Part shown: positions 26,601 through 40,800 of the stretch, piece by piece
How positions within the stretch are numbered: position 1 is the stretch's first letter
How the letters are laid out: each line of letters begins with the position of its first letter
Source: Eledone cirrhosa
Taxonomy: Eukaryota
Length of the DNA: 64,000 bases
Assembly: GCA_964016885.1 (NCBI GenBank)
Contig: OZ024744.1
Span: 6,572,001-6,636,000 of the forward strand
Direction of reading: 5' to 3'
Position numbers and translations under genes: made by a program
Notes under the pieces: model-generated
Told to the model about the DNA's origin: nothing
What the model saw: only the letters and a program-made list of their open reading frames with translations
The model's database searches: none

Positions 26601-29600
26601 CAGTTATGTCTACTGAAGTATTGCACTGATGTAGGTGTGGTGCAGTAACGGTTATTTCTACTGCAATATTGCACTGATGTAGGTGTGGTGGCGTAACGGT
26701 TATGTCTACTGCAGTATTGCACTGAGGTAGGTGTGGTGCAGTAACGATTATGTCGACTGCAGTATTGCACTGATGTAGGTGTGGTGCAGTAACGGTTATG
26801 TCTACTGCAGTATTGAACTGATGTAGGTGTGGTGCAGTAACGATTATGTCCACTGCAGTATTGCACTGATGTAGGTGTGGTGCAGAAGAGGTTATGTCTA
26901 CTGCAGTATTGCACTGATGTAGGTATGGTGCAGTAACGGTTATGTCTACTGTAGTATTGCACTGATGTAGGTGTGATGCAGTAACGGATATGTCTACTGC
27001 AGTATTGCACTGAGATAGGTGTGGTGCAGTAACGGTTATGTCTACTGCAGTATTTCACTGATGTAGGTGTGGTGCAGTAACGGTTAAGTCTACTGCAGTA
27101 TTGCACTGAAGTAAGTGTGGTGCAGTAACGGTTATGTCTACTGCAGTATTGCACTGATGTAGGTGTGGTGCAGTAACAGTTATGTCTACTGCAGTATTGC
27201 ACTGATGTAGGTGTGGTGCTGTAAAGGTTATGTCTATTGCACTATTGCACTGATGTAGGTGTGGTGCAGTAACGGTTATGTCTACTGCATTATTGCACTG
27301 ACGTAGATGTGGTGCAGTAACGGTTATGTCTACTGCAGTATTGCACTGAGATAGGTGTGGTACAGTAACGGTTATTTCTACTGCAGTATTGCACTGATGT
27401 AGATGTGGTGCATTAACGGTTATGTCTACTGCAGTATTGCACTGATGTAGGTGTGGTGCAGTACCAGTTATGTCTACTGAAGTATTGCACTGATGTAGGT
27501 GTGGTGCAGTAACGGTTATTTCTACTGCAGTATTGCACTGATGTAGGTGTGGTGCCGTAACGGTTATGTCTACTGCAGTATTGCACTGAGGTAGGTGTGG
27601 TGCAGTAACGATTATGTCGACTGCAGTATTGCACTGATGTTGGTGTGGTGCAGTAACGATTATGTCTACTGCAGTATTGCACTGATGTAGGTGTGGTGCA
27701 GTAACGGTTATGTCTACTGCAGTATTGCACTGATGTAGGTGTGGTGCAGTAACGGTTATGTCTACTGCAGTATTCCATTGATGTAGGTGTGATGCAGTAA
27801 CGGTTATGTCTACTGCAGTATTGCACTGATGTAGGTGTGGTGAAGTAGCGGTTATTTCTACAGCAGTATTGCACTGATGTAGATGTGGTGCACTAACGGT
27901 TATGTCTACTGCAGTGTTGCACTGAGGTAGTTGTGGTGCAGTAACGGTTATGTCTACTGCAATATTGCACTAGGTAGGTGTGGTGCAGTAACGATTATGT
28001 CTACTGCAGTATAGCACTGATGTAGGTGTGGTGCAGTAACGGTTATTCTACTGCAGTATTGCACTGATGTAGGTGTGGTGCAGTAACGGTCATTTCTACT
28101 GCAGTATTGCACTGATGTAGGTGTGGTGCAGTAACGGTTATGTCTACTGCATTATTGCACTGATGTAGGTATGGTGCAGTAACGGTTATGTCTACTGGAG
28201 TATTACACTGATGTAGGTGTGGTGCAGTAACGGTTATGTCTACTGCAGTATTGCACTGATGTAGGTGTAGTGCAGTAACGGCTATGTCTACTGCAGTATT
28301 GCACTGATGTAGGTGTGGTGCTGTAACGGTTATGTCTATTGCAGTATTACACTGAGGTAGGTGTGGTGCAGTATCGGTTATGTCTACTGCAGTATTGCAC
28401 TGATGTAGGTGTGGTGCAGTAACGGTTATGTCTACTGCATTATTGCACTGATGTAGGTGTGGTGCAGTAACGGTTATGTCTACTGCAGTATTACACTGAT
28501 GTAGGTGTGGTGCAGTAACGGTTATGTCTACTGCAGTATTGCACTGATGTAGGTGTAGTGCAGTAACGGTTATGTCTACTGCAGTATTGCACTGATGTAG
28601 GTGTGGTGCTGTAACGGTTATGTCTATTGCAGTATTGCACTGAGGTAGGTGTGGTGCAGTAACGGTTATGTCTACTGCAGTATTGCACTGATGTAGCTAT
28701 GGTGCAGTAACGGTTATGTCAACTGCATTATTGCACTGATGTAGGTGTGGTGCAGTAACGGTTATGTCTAGTGCAGTATTGCACTGATGTAGGTGTGATG
28801 CAGTAACGGATATGTCTACTGCAGTATTGCACTGAGAAAGGTGTGGTGCAGTAACGGTTATGTCTACTGCAGTATTTCACTGATGTAGGTGTGGTGCAGT
28901 AACGGTTAAGTCTACTGCAGTATTGCACTGAAGTAAGTGTGGTGCAGTAACGGTTATGTCTACTGCAGTATTGCACTGATGTAGGTGTGGTGCAGTAACA
29001 GTTATGTCTACTGCAGTATTGCACTGATGTAGGTGTGGTGCTGTAAAGGTTATGTCTATTGCAGTATTGCACTGATGTAGGTGTGGTGCAGTAACGGTTA
29101 TGTCTACTGCATTATTGCACTGATGTAGATGTGGTGCAGTAACGGTTATGTCTACTGCAGTATTGCACTGAGATAGGTGTGGTGCATTAACGGTTATGTC
29201 TACTGCAGTATTGCACTGATGTAGGTGTGGTGCAGTAACAGTTATGTCTACTGAAGTATTGCACTGATGTAGATGTGGTGCATTAACGGTTATATATACT
29301 GCAGTATTGCACTGAGGTAGTTGTGGTGCAGTGACGGTTATGTCTATTGCAGTATTGCACTGAGGTAGGTGTGGTGCAGTAACGGTTATTTCTGCTGCAG
29401 TATTGCACTGATGTAGTTGTGGTGCAGTAACGGTTATGTCTACTGCAGTATTGCACTGAGGTAAATGTGGTGCAGTAACGGTTATGTCTACTGCATTATT
29501 GTACTGATGTAGGTGTGGTGCAGTAACGGTTATGTCTACTGCAGTATTGCACTTAGGTAGGTGTGGTGCAGTAACAGTTATGTCTACTGCAGTATTGCAC

Positions 29601-32600
29601 TTAGGTAGGTGTGGTGCAGTAACGGTTATGTCTACTGCAGTATTGCACTGATGTAGGTGTGGTGCAGTAACGGATATTTCTACTGCAGTATTGCACTTAG
29701 GTAGGTGTGGTGCAGTAACGGTTATGTCAACTGCAGTATTGCACTGATGTAGGAGTGGTGCAGTAACGGTTATGTCTACTGCAGTATTGCACTGAGTTAG
29801 GTGTGGTGCAGTAACGATTATGTCGACTGCAGTATTACACTGATGTAGGTGTGGTGCAGTAACGGTTATGTCTACTGCAGTATTGCACTGATGTAGGTGT
29901 AGTGCAGTAACGGTTATGTCTACTGCAGTATTGCACTGATGTAGGTGTGGTGCTGTAACGGTTATGTCTATTGCAGTATTGCACTGAGGTAGGTGTGGTG
30001 CAGTAACGGTTATGTCTACTGCAGTATTGCACTGATGTAGGTATGGTGCAGTAACGGTTATGTCTACTGCTGTATTGCACTGATGTAGGTGTGGTGCAGT
30101 AACGGTTATGTCTACTGCTGTATTGCACTGATGTAGGTGTGGTGCAGTAACGGTTATGTCTACGGCAGTATTGCACTGATGTAGGTGTGGTGCAGTAACG
30201 GTTATGTCTACTGCAGTATTGCACTGAGGTAGGTGTGGTGCAGTAACGGTTATGTCTACTGCAATATTGCACTGATGTAGGTGTGGTGCAGTAACGGTTA
30301 TGTCTACTGCAGTATTGCACTGATGTAGGTGTGGTGCAGTAACGGTTATTTCTACTGCAGTATTGCACTGATGTAGGTGTGGTGCAGTAACAGTTATGTC
30401 TACTGCAGTATTGCACTGAGGTAGGTGTGGTGCAGTACCGGTTATGTCTACTGAAGTATTGCACTGATGTAGGTGTGGTGCAGTAACGGTTTTTTCTACT
30501 GCAGTATTGCACTGATGTAGGTGTGGTGCCGTAACGGTTATGTTTACTGCAGTATTGCACTGATGTAGCTGTGGTGCAGTAACAGTTATGTCTACTGCAG
30601 TATTGCACTGATGTAGGTGTGCTGCTGTAAAGGTTATGTCTCTGGCAGTATTACACTGAGTTAGGTGTGGTGCAGTAATGGTATGTCTACTGCAGTATTG
30701 CACTGATATAGGTGTGGTGCAGTAACGGTTATGTCTACTGTAGTATTGCACTGATGTAGGTGTGGTGCAGTAACGGTTATGTCTACTGCAGTATGGCACT
30801 GATGTAGGTGTGGTGCAGTACGGTTAAATCTACTGCAGTATTGCACTGATGTAGGTGTGGTGCAGTAGCGGTTATTTCTACTGCAGTATTGCACTGATGT
30901 AGATGTGGTGCACTAACGGTTATATATACTGCAGTATTGCACTGAGGTAGTTGTGGTGCAGTAACGGTTATGTCTACTGCAATATTGCACTAGGTAGGTG
31001 TGGTGCAGTAACGATTATGTCTACTGCAGTATTGCACTGATGTAGGTGTGGTGCAGTAACAGTTATGTCTACTGCAGTATTGCACTGAGGTAGGTGTGGT
31101 GCAGTATCGGTTATGTCTACTGCAGTATTGCACTGATGTAGGTGTGGTGCAGTACCAGTTATGTCTACTGAAGTATTGCACTGATGTAGGTGTGGTGCAG
31201 TAACGGTTATTTCTACTGCAATATTGCACTGATGTAGGTGTGGTGGCGTAACGGTTATGTCTACTGCAGTATTGCACTGAGGTAGGTGTGGTGCAGTAAC
31301 GATTATGTCGACTGCAGTATTGCACTGATGTAGGTGTGGTGCAGTAACGGTTATGTCTACTGCAGTATTGAACTGATGTAGGTGTGGTGCAGTAACGATT
31401 ATGTCCACTGCAGTATTGCACTGATGTAGGTGTGGTGCAGAAGAGGTTATGTCTACTGCAGTATTGCACTGATGTAGGTATGGTGCAGTAACGGTTATGT
31501 CTACTGTAGTATTGCACTGATGTAGGTGTGATGCAGTAACGGATATGTCTACTGCAGTATTGCACTGAGATAGGTGTGGTGCAGTAACGGTTATGTCTAC
31601 TGCAGTATTTCACTGATGTAGGTGTGGTGCAGTAACGGTTAAGTCTACTGCAGTATTGCACTGAAGTAAGTGTGGTGCAGTAACGGTTATGTCTACTGCA
31701 GTATTGCACTGATGTAGGTGTGGTGCAGTAACAGTTATGTCTACTGCAGTATTGCACTGATGTAGGTGTGGTGCTGTAAAGGTTATGTCTATTGCACTAT
31801 TGCACTGATGTACGTGTGGTGCAGTAACGGTTATGTCTACTGCATTATTGCACTGACGTAGATGTGGTGCAGTAACGGTTATGTCTACTGCAGTATTGCA
31901 CTGAGATAGGTGTGGTACAGTAACGGTTATTTCTACTGCAGTATTGCACTGATGTAGATGTGGTGCATTAACGGTTATGTCTACTGCAGTATTGCACTGA
32001 TGTAGGTGTGGTGCAGTACCAGTTATGTCTACTGAAGTATTGCACTGATGTAGGTGTGGTGCAGTAACGGTTATTTCTACTGCAGTATTGCACTGATGTA
32101 GGTGTGGTGCCGTAACGGTTATGTCTACTGCAGTATTGCACTGAGGTAGGTGTGGTGCAGTAACGATTATGTCGACTGCAGTATTGCACTGATGTTGGTG
32201 TGGTGCAGTAACGATTATGTCTACTGCAGTATTGCACTGATGTAGGTGTGGTGCAGTAACGGTTATGTCTACTGCAGTATTGCACTGATGTAGGTGTGGT
32301 GCAGTAACGGTTATGTCTACTGCAGTATTCCATTGATGTAGGTGTGATGCAGTAACGGTTATGTCTACTGCAGTATTGCACTGATGTAGGTGTGGTGAAG
32401 TAGCGGTTATTTCTACAGCAGTATTGCACTGATGTAGATGTGGTGCACTAACGGTTATGTCTACTGCAGTGTTGCACTGAGGTAGTTGTGGTGCAGTAAC
32501 GGTTATGTCTACTGCAATATTGCACTAGGTAGGTGTGGTGCAGTAACGATTATGTCTACTGCAGTATAGCACTGATGTAGGTGTGGTGCAGTAACGGTTA

Positions 32601-34843
32601 TTCTACTGCAGTATTGCACTGATGTAGGTGTGGTGCAGTAACGGTCATTTCTACTGCAGTATTGCACTGATGTAGGTGTGGTGCAGTAACGGTTATGTCT
32701 ACTGCAGTATTGCACTGATGTAGGTGTGGTGCAGTAACGGTTATGTCTACTGCATTATTGCACTGATGTAGGTATGGTGCAGTAACGGTTATGTCTACTG
32801 GAGTATTACACTGATGTAGGTGTGGTGCAGTAACGGTTATGTCTACTGCAGTATTGCACTGATGTAGGTGTAGTGCAGTAACGGCTATGTCTACTGCAGT
32901 ATTGCACTGATGTAGGTGTGGTGCTGTAACGGTTATGTCTATTGCAGTATTACACTGAGGTAGGTGTGGTGCAGTATCGGTTATGTCTACTGCAGTATTG
33001 CACTGATGTAGGTGTGGTGCAGTAACGGTTATGTCTACTGCATTATTGCACTGATGTAGGTGTGGTGCAGTAACGGTTATGTCTACTGCAGTATTACACT
33101 GATGTAGGTGTGGTGCAGTAACGGTTATGTCTACTGCAGTATTGCACTGATGTAGGTGTAGTGCAGTAACGGTTATGTCTACTGCAGTATTGCACTGATG
33201 TAGGTGTGGTGCTGTAACGGTTATGTCTATTGCAGTATTGCACTGAGGTAGGTGTGGTGCAGTAACGGTTATGTCTACTGCAGTATTGCACTGATGTAGC
33301 TATGGTGCAGTAACGGTTATGTCAACTGCATTATTGCACTGATGTAGGTGTGGTGCAGTAACGGTTATGTCTAGTGCAGTATTGCACTGATGTAGGTGTG
33401 ATGCAGTAACGGATATGTCTACTGCAGTATTGCACTGAGAAAGGTGTGGTGTAGTAACGGTTATGTCTACTGCAGTATTTCACTGATGTAGGTGTGGTGC
33501 AGTAACGGTTAAGTCTACTGCAGTATTGCACTGAAGTAAGTGTGGTGCAGTAACGGTTATGTCTACTGCATTATTGTACTGATGTAGGTGTGGTGCAGTA
33601 ACGGTTATGTCTACTGCAGTATTGCACTTAGGTAGGTGTGGTGCAGTAACAGTTATGTCTACTGCAGTATTGCACTTAGGTAGGTGTGGTGCAGTAACGG
33701 TTATGTCTACTGCAGTATTGCACTGATGTAGGTGTGGTGCAGTAACGGATATTTCTACTGCAGTATTGCACTTAGGTAGGTGTGGTGCAGTAACGGTTAT
33801 GTCAACTGCAGTATTGCACTGATGTAGGAGTGGTGCAGTAACGGTTATGTCTACTGCAGTATTGCACTGAGTTAGGTGTGGTGCAGTAACGATTATGTCG
33901 ACTGCAGTATTACACTGATGTAGGTGTGGTGCAGTAACGGTTATGTCTACTGCAGTATTGCACTGATGTAGGTGTAGTGCAGTAACGGTTATGTCTACTG
34001 CAGTATTGCACTGATGTAGGTGTGGTGCTGTAACGGTTATGTCTATTGCAGTATTGCACTGAGGTAGGTGTGGTGCAGTAACGGTTATGTCTACTGCAGT
34101 ATTGCACTGATGTAGGTATGGTGCAGTAACGGTTATGTCTACTGCTGTATTGCACTGATGTAGGTGTGGTGCAGTAACGGTTATGTCTACTGCTGTATTG
34201 CACTGATGTAGGTGTGGTGCAGTAACGGTTATGTCTACGGCAGTATTGCACTGATGTAGGTGTGGTGCAGTAACGGTTATGTCTACTGCAGTATTGCACT
34301 GAGGTAGGTGTGGTGCAGTAACGGTTATGTCTACTGCAATATTGCACTGATGTAGGTGTGGTGCAGTAACGGTTATGTCTACTGCAGTATTGCACTGATG
34401 TAGGTGTGGTGCAGTAACGGTTATTTCTACTGCAGTATTGCACTGATGTAGGTGTGGTGCAGTAACAGTTATGTCTACTGCAGTATTGCACTGAGGTAGG
34501 TGTGGTGCAGTACCGGTTATGTCTACTGAAGTATTGCACTGATGTAGGTGTGGTGCAGTAACGGTTTTTTCTACTGCAGTATTGCACTGATGTAGGTGTG
34601 GTGCCGTAACGGTTATGTTTACTGCAGTATTGCACTGATGTAGCTGTGGTGCAGTAACAGTTATGTCTACTGCAGTATTGCACTGATGTAGGTGTGGTGC
34701 TGTAAAGGTTATGTCTCTGGCAGTATTGCACTGAGTTAGGTGTGGTGCAGTAATGGTATGTCTACTGCAGTATTGCACTGATATAGGTGTGGTGCAGTAA
34801 CGGTTATGTCTACTGCAGTATGGCACTGATGTAGGTGTGGTGC
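20700..34843 (+). repeat. Three successive higher-order units of 5561, 4555 and 4027 bp
   Basis: The same marker cassette (ORF MDIIV...) lies at 20858, 26419, 30974 and 35001, and the order of downstream variant monomers is the same apart from internal deletions. Confidence 0.85.
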
Positions 34844-37800
34844 AGTACGGTTAAATCTACTGCAGTATTGCACTGATGTAGGTGTGGTGCAGTAGCGGTT
34901 ATTTCTACTGCAGTATTGCACTGATGTAGATGTGGTGCACTAACGGTTATATATACTGCAGTATTGCACTGAGGTAGTTGTGGTGCAGTAACGGTTATGT
35001 CTACTGCAATATTGCACTAGGTAGGTGTGGTGCAGTAACGATTATGTCTACTGCAGTATTGCACTGATGTAGGTGTGGTGCAGTAACAGTTATGTCTACT
35101 GCAGTATTGCACTGAGGTAGGTGTGGTGCAGTATCGGTTATGTCTACTGCAGTATTGCACTGATGTAGGTGTGGTGCAGTACCAGTTATGTCTACTGAAG
35201 TATTGCACTGATGTAGGTGTGGTGCAGTAACGGTTATTTCTACTGCAATATTGCACTGATGTAGGTGTGGTGGCGTAACGGTTATGTCTACTGCAGTATT
35301 GCACTGAGGTAGGTGTGGTGCACTAACGATTATGTCGACTGCAGTATTGCACTGATGTAGGTGTGGTGCAGTAACGGTTATGTCTACTGCAGTATTGAAC
35401 TGATGTAGGTGTGGTGCAGTAACGATTATGTCCACTGCAGTATTGCACTGATGTAGGTGTGGTGCAGAAGAGGTTATGTCTACTGCAGTATTGCACTGAT
35501 GTAGGTATGGTGCAGTAACGGTTATGTCTACTGTAGTATTGCACTGATGTAGGTGTGATGCAGTAACGGATATGTCTACTGCAGTATTGCACTGAGATAG
35601 GTGTGGTGCAGTAACGGTTATGTCTACTGCAGTATTTCACTGATGTAGGTGTGGTGCAGTAACGATTATGTCGACTGCAGTATTGCACTGAGGTAAATGT
35701 GGTGCAGTAACGGTTATGTCTACTGCATTATTGTACTGATGTAGGTGTGGTGCAGTAACGGTTGTGTCTACTGCAGTATTGCACTTAGGTAGGTGTGGTG
35801 CAGTAACAGTTATGTCTACTGCAGTATTGCACTTAGGTAGGTGTGGTGCAGTAACGGTTATGTCTACTGCAGTATTGCACTGATGTAGGTGTGGTGCAGT
35901 AACGGATATTTCTACTGCAGTATTGCACTTAGGTAGGTGTGGTGCAGTAACGGTTATGTCAACTGCAGTATTGCACTGATGTAGGAGTGGTGCAGTAACG
36001 GTTATGTCTACTGCAGTATTGCACTGAGTTAGGTGTGGTGCAGTAACGATTATGTCGACTGCAGTATTACACTGATGTAGGTGTGGTGCAGTAACGGTTA
36101 TGTCTACTGCAGTATTGCACTGATGTAGGTGTAGTGCAGTAACGGTTATGTCTACTGCAGTATTGCACTGATGTAGGTGTGGTGCTGTAACGGTTATGTC
36201 TATTGCAGTAGTGCACTGAGGTAGGTGTGGTGCAGTAACGGTTATGTCTACTGCAGTATTGCACTGATGTAGGTATGGTGCAGTAACGGTTATGTCTACT
36301 GCAGTATTGCACTGAGATAGGTGTGGTACAGTAACGGTTATTTCTACTGCAGTATTGCACTGATGTAGATGTGGTGCATTAACGGTTATGTCTACTGCAG
36401 TATTGCACTGATGTAGGTGTGGTGCAGTACCAGTTATGTCTACTGAAGTATTGCACTGATGTAGGTGTGGTGCAGTAACGGTTATTTCTACTGCAGTATT
36501 GCACTGATGTAGGTGTGGTGCCGTAACGGTTATGTCTACTGCAGTATTGCACTGAGGTAGGTGTGGTGCAGTAACGATTATGTCGACTGCAGTATTGCAC
36601 TGATGTTGGTGTGGTGCAGTAACGATTATGTCTACTGCAGTATTGCACTGATGTAGGTGTGGTGCAGTAACGGTTATGTCTACTGCAGTATTGCACTGAT
36701 GTAGGTGTGGTGCAGTAACGGTTATGTCTACTGCAGTATTCCATTGATGTAGGTGTGATGCAGTAACGGTTATGTCTACTGCAGTATTGCACTGATGTAG
36801 GTGTGGTGAAGTAGCGGTTATTTCTACAGCAGTATTGCACTGATGTAGATGTGGTGCACTAACGGTTATGTCTACTGCAGTGTTGCACTGAGGTAGTTGT
36901 GGTGCAGTAACGGTTATGTCTACTGCAATATTGCACTAGGTAGGTGTGGTGCAGTAACGATTATGTCTACTGCAGTATAGCACTGATGTAGGTGTGGTGC
37001 AGTAACGGTTATTCTACTGCAGTATTGCACTGATGTAGGTGTGGTGCAGTAACGGTCATTTCTACTGCAGTATTGCACTGATGTAGGTGTGGTGCAGTAA
37101 CGGTTATGTCTACTGCAGTATTGCACTGATGTAGGTGTGGTGCAGTAACGGTTATGTCTACTGCATTATTGCACTGATGTAGGTATGGTGCAGTAACGGT
37201 TATGTCTACTGGAGTATTACACTGATGTAGGTGTGGTGCAGTAACGGTTATGTCTACTGCAGTATTGCACTGATGTAGGTGTAGTGCAGTAACGGCTATG
37301 TCTACTGCAGTATTGCACTGATGTAGGTGTGGTGCTGTAACGGTTATGTCTATTGCAGTATTACACTGAGGTAGGTGTGGTGCAGTATCGGTTATGTCTA
37401 CTGCAGTATTGCACTGATGTAGGTGTGGTGCAGTAACGGTTATGTCTACTGCATTATTGCACTGATGTAGGTGTGGTGCTGTAACGGTTATGTCTACTGC
37501 AGTATTACACTGATGTAGGTGTGGTGCAGTAACGGTTATGTCTACTGCAGTATTGCACTGATGTAGGTGTAGTGCAGTAACGGTTATGTCTACTGCAGTA
37601 TTGCACTGATGTAGGTGTGGTGCTGTAACGGTTATGTCTATTGCAGTATTGCACTGAGGTAGGTGTGGTGCAGTAACGGTTATGTCTACTGCAGTATTGC
37701 ACTGATGTAGCTATGGTGCAGTAACGGTTATGTCAACTGCATTATTGCACTGATGTAGGTGTGGTGCAGTAACGGTTATGTCTAGTGCAGTATTGCACTG

Positions 37801-40800
37801 ATGTAGGTGTGATGCAGTAACGGATATGTCTACTGCAGTATTGCACTGAGAAAGGTGTGGTGTAGTAACGGTTATGTCTACTGCAGTATTTCACTGATGT
37901 AGGTGTGGTGCAGTAACGGTTAAGTCTACTGCAGTATTGCACTGAAGTAAGTGTGGTGCAGTAACGGTTATGTCTACTGCATTATTGTACTGATGTAGGT
38001 GTGGTGCAGTAACGGTTATGTCTACTGCAGTATTGCACTTAGGTAGGTGTGGTGCAGTAACAGTTATGTCTACTGCAGTATTGCACTTAGGTAGGTGTGG
38101 TGCAGTAACGGTTATGTCTACTGCAGTATTGCACTGATGTAGGTGTGGTGCAGTAACGGATATTTCTACTGCAGTATTGCACTTAGGTAGGTGTGGTGCA
38201 GTAACGGTTATGTCAACTGCAGTATTGCACTGATGTAGGAGTGGTGCAGTAACGGTTATGTCTACTGCAGTATTGCACTGAGTTAGGTGTGGTGCAGTAA
38301 CGATTATGTCGACTGCAGTATTACACTGATGTAGGTGTGGTGCAGTAACGGTTATGTCTACTGCAGTATTGCACTGATGTAGGTGTAGTGCAGTAACGGT
38401 TATGTCTACTGCAGTATTGCACTGATGTAGGTGTGGTGCTGTAACGGTTATGTCTATTGCAGTATTGCACTGAGGTAGGTGTGGTGCAGTAACGGTTATG
38501 TCTACTGCAGTATTGCACTGATGTAGGTATGGTGCAGTAACGGTTATGTCTACTGCTGTATTGCACTGATGTAGGTGTGGTGCAGTAACGGTTATGTCTA
38601 CTGCTGTATTGCACTGATGTAGGTGTGGTGCAGTAACGGTTATGTCTACGGCAGTATTGCACTGATGTAGGTGTGGTGCAGTAACGGTTATGTCTACTGC
38701 AGTATTGCACTGAGGTAGGTGTGGTGCAGTAACGGTTATGTCTACTGCAATATTGCACTGATGTAGGTGTGGTGCAGTAACGGTTATGTCTACTGCAGTA
38801 TTGCACTGATGTAGGTGTGGTGCAGTAACGGTTATTTCTACTGCAGTATTGCACTGATGTAGGTGTGGTGCAGTAACAGTTATGTCTACTGCAGTATTGC
38901 ACTGAGGTAGGTGTGGTGCAGTACCGGTTATGTCTACTGAAGTATTGCACTGATGTAGGTGTGGTGCAGTAACGGTTTTTTCTACTGCAGTATTGCACTG
39001 ATGTAGGTGTGGTGCCGTAACGGTTATGTTTACTGCAGTATTGCACTGATGTAGCTGTGGTGCAGTAACAGTTATGTCTACTGCAGTATTGCACTGATGT
39101 AGGTGTGGTGCTGTAAAGGTTATGTCTCTGGCAGTATTGCACTGAGTTAGGTGTGGTGCAGTAATGGTATGTCTACTGCAGTATTGCACTGATATAGGTG
39201 TGGTGCAGTAACGGTTATGTCTACTGCAGTATGGCACTGATGTAGGTGTGGTGCAGTACGGTTAAATCTACTGCAGTATTGCACTGATGTAGGTGTGGTG
39301 CAGTAGCGGTTATTTCTACTGCAGTATTGCACTGATGTAGATGTGGTGCACTAACGGTTATATATACTGCAGTATTGCACTGAGGTAGTTGTGGTGCAGT
39401 AACGGTTATGTCTACTGCAATATTGCACTAGGTAGGTGTGGTGCAGTAACGATTATGTCTACTGCAGTATTGCACTGATGTAGGTGTGGTGCAGTAACAG
39501 TTATGTCTACTGCAGTATTGCACTGAGGTAGGTGTGGTGCAGTATCGGTTATGTCTACTGCAGTATTGCACTGATGTAGGTGTGGTGCAGTACCAGTTAT
39601 GTCTACTGAAGTATTGCACTGATGTAGGTGTGGTGCAGTAACGGTTATTTCTACTGCAATATTGCACTGATGTAGGTGTGGTGGCGTAACGGTTATGTCT
39701 ACTGCAGTATTGCACTGAGGTAGGTGTGGTGCACTAACGATTATGTCGACTGCAGTATTGCACTGATGTAGGTGTGGTGCAGTAACGGTTATGTCTACTG
39801 CAGTATTGAACTGATGTAGGTGTGGTGCAGTAACGATTATGTCCACTGCAGTATTGCACTGATGTAGGTGTGGTGCAGAAGAGGTTATGTCTACTGCAGT
39901 ATTGCACTGATGTAGGTATGGTGCAGTAACGGTTATGTCTACTGTAGTATTGCACTGATGTAGGTGTGATGCAGTAACGGATATGTCTACTGCAGTATTG
40001 CACTGAGATAGGTGTGGTGCAGTAACGGTTATGTCTACTGCAGTATTTCACTGATGTAGGTGTGGTGCAGTAACGATTATGTCGACTGCAGTATTGCACT
40101 GAGGTAAATGTGGTGCAGTAACGGTTATGTCTACTGCATTATTGTACTGATGTAGGTGTGGTGCAGTAACGGTTGTGTCTACTGCAGTATTGCACTTAGG
40201 TAGGTGTGGTGCAGTAACAGTTATGTCTACTGCAGTATTGCACTTAGGTAGGTGTGGTGCAGTAACGGTTATGTCTACTGCAGTATTGCACTGATGTAGG
40301 TGTGGTGCAGTAACGGATATTTCTACTGCAGTATTGCACTTAGGTAGGTGTGGTGCAGTAACGGTTATGTCAACTGCAGTATTGCACTGATGTAGGAGTG
40401 GTGCAGTAACGGTTATGTCTACTGCAGTATTGCACTGAGTTAGGTGTGGTGCAGTAACGATTATGTCGACTGCAGTATTACACTGATGTAGGTGTGGTGC
40501 AGTAACGGTTATGTCTACTGCAGTATTGCACTGATGTAGGTGTAGTGCAGTAACGGTTATGTCTACTGCAGTATTGCACTGATGTAGGTGTGGTGCTGTA
40601 ACGGTTATGTCTATTGCAGTAGTGCACTGAGGTAGGTGTGGTGCAGTAACGGTTATGTCTACTGCAGTATTGCACTGATGTAGGTATGGTGCAGTAACGG
40701 TTATGTCTACTGCAGTATTGCACTGATGTAGGTGTGGTGCAGTAACGGTTATGTCTACTGCTGTATTGCACTGATGTAGGTGTGGTGCAGTAACGGTTAT

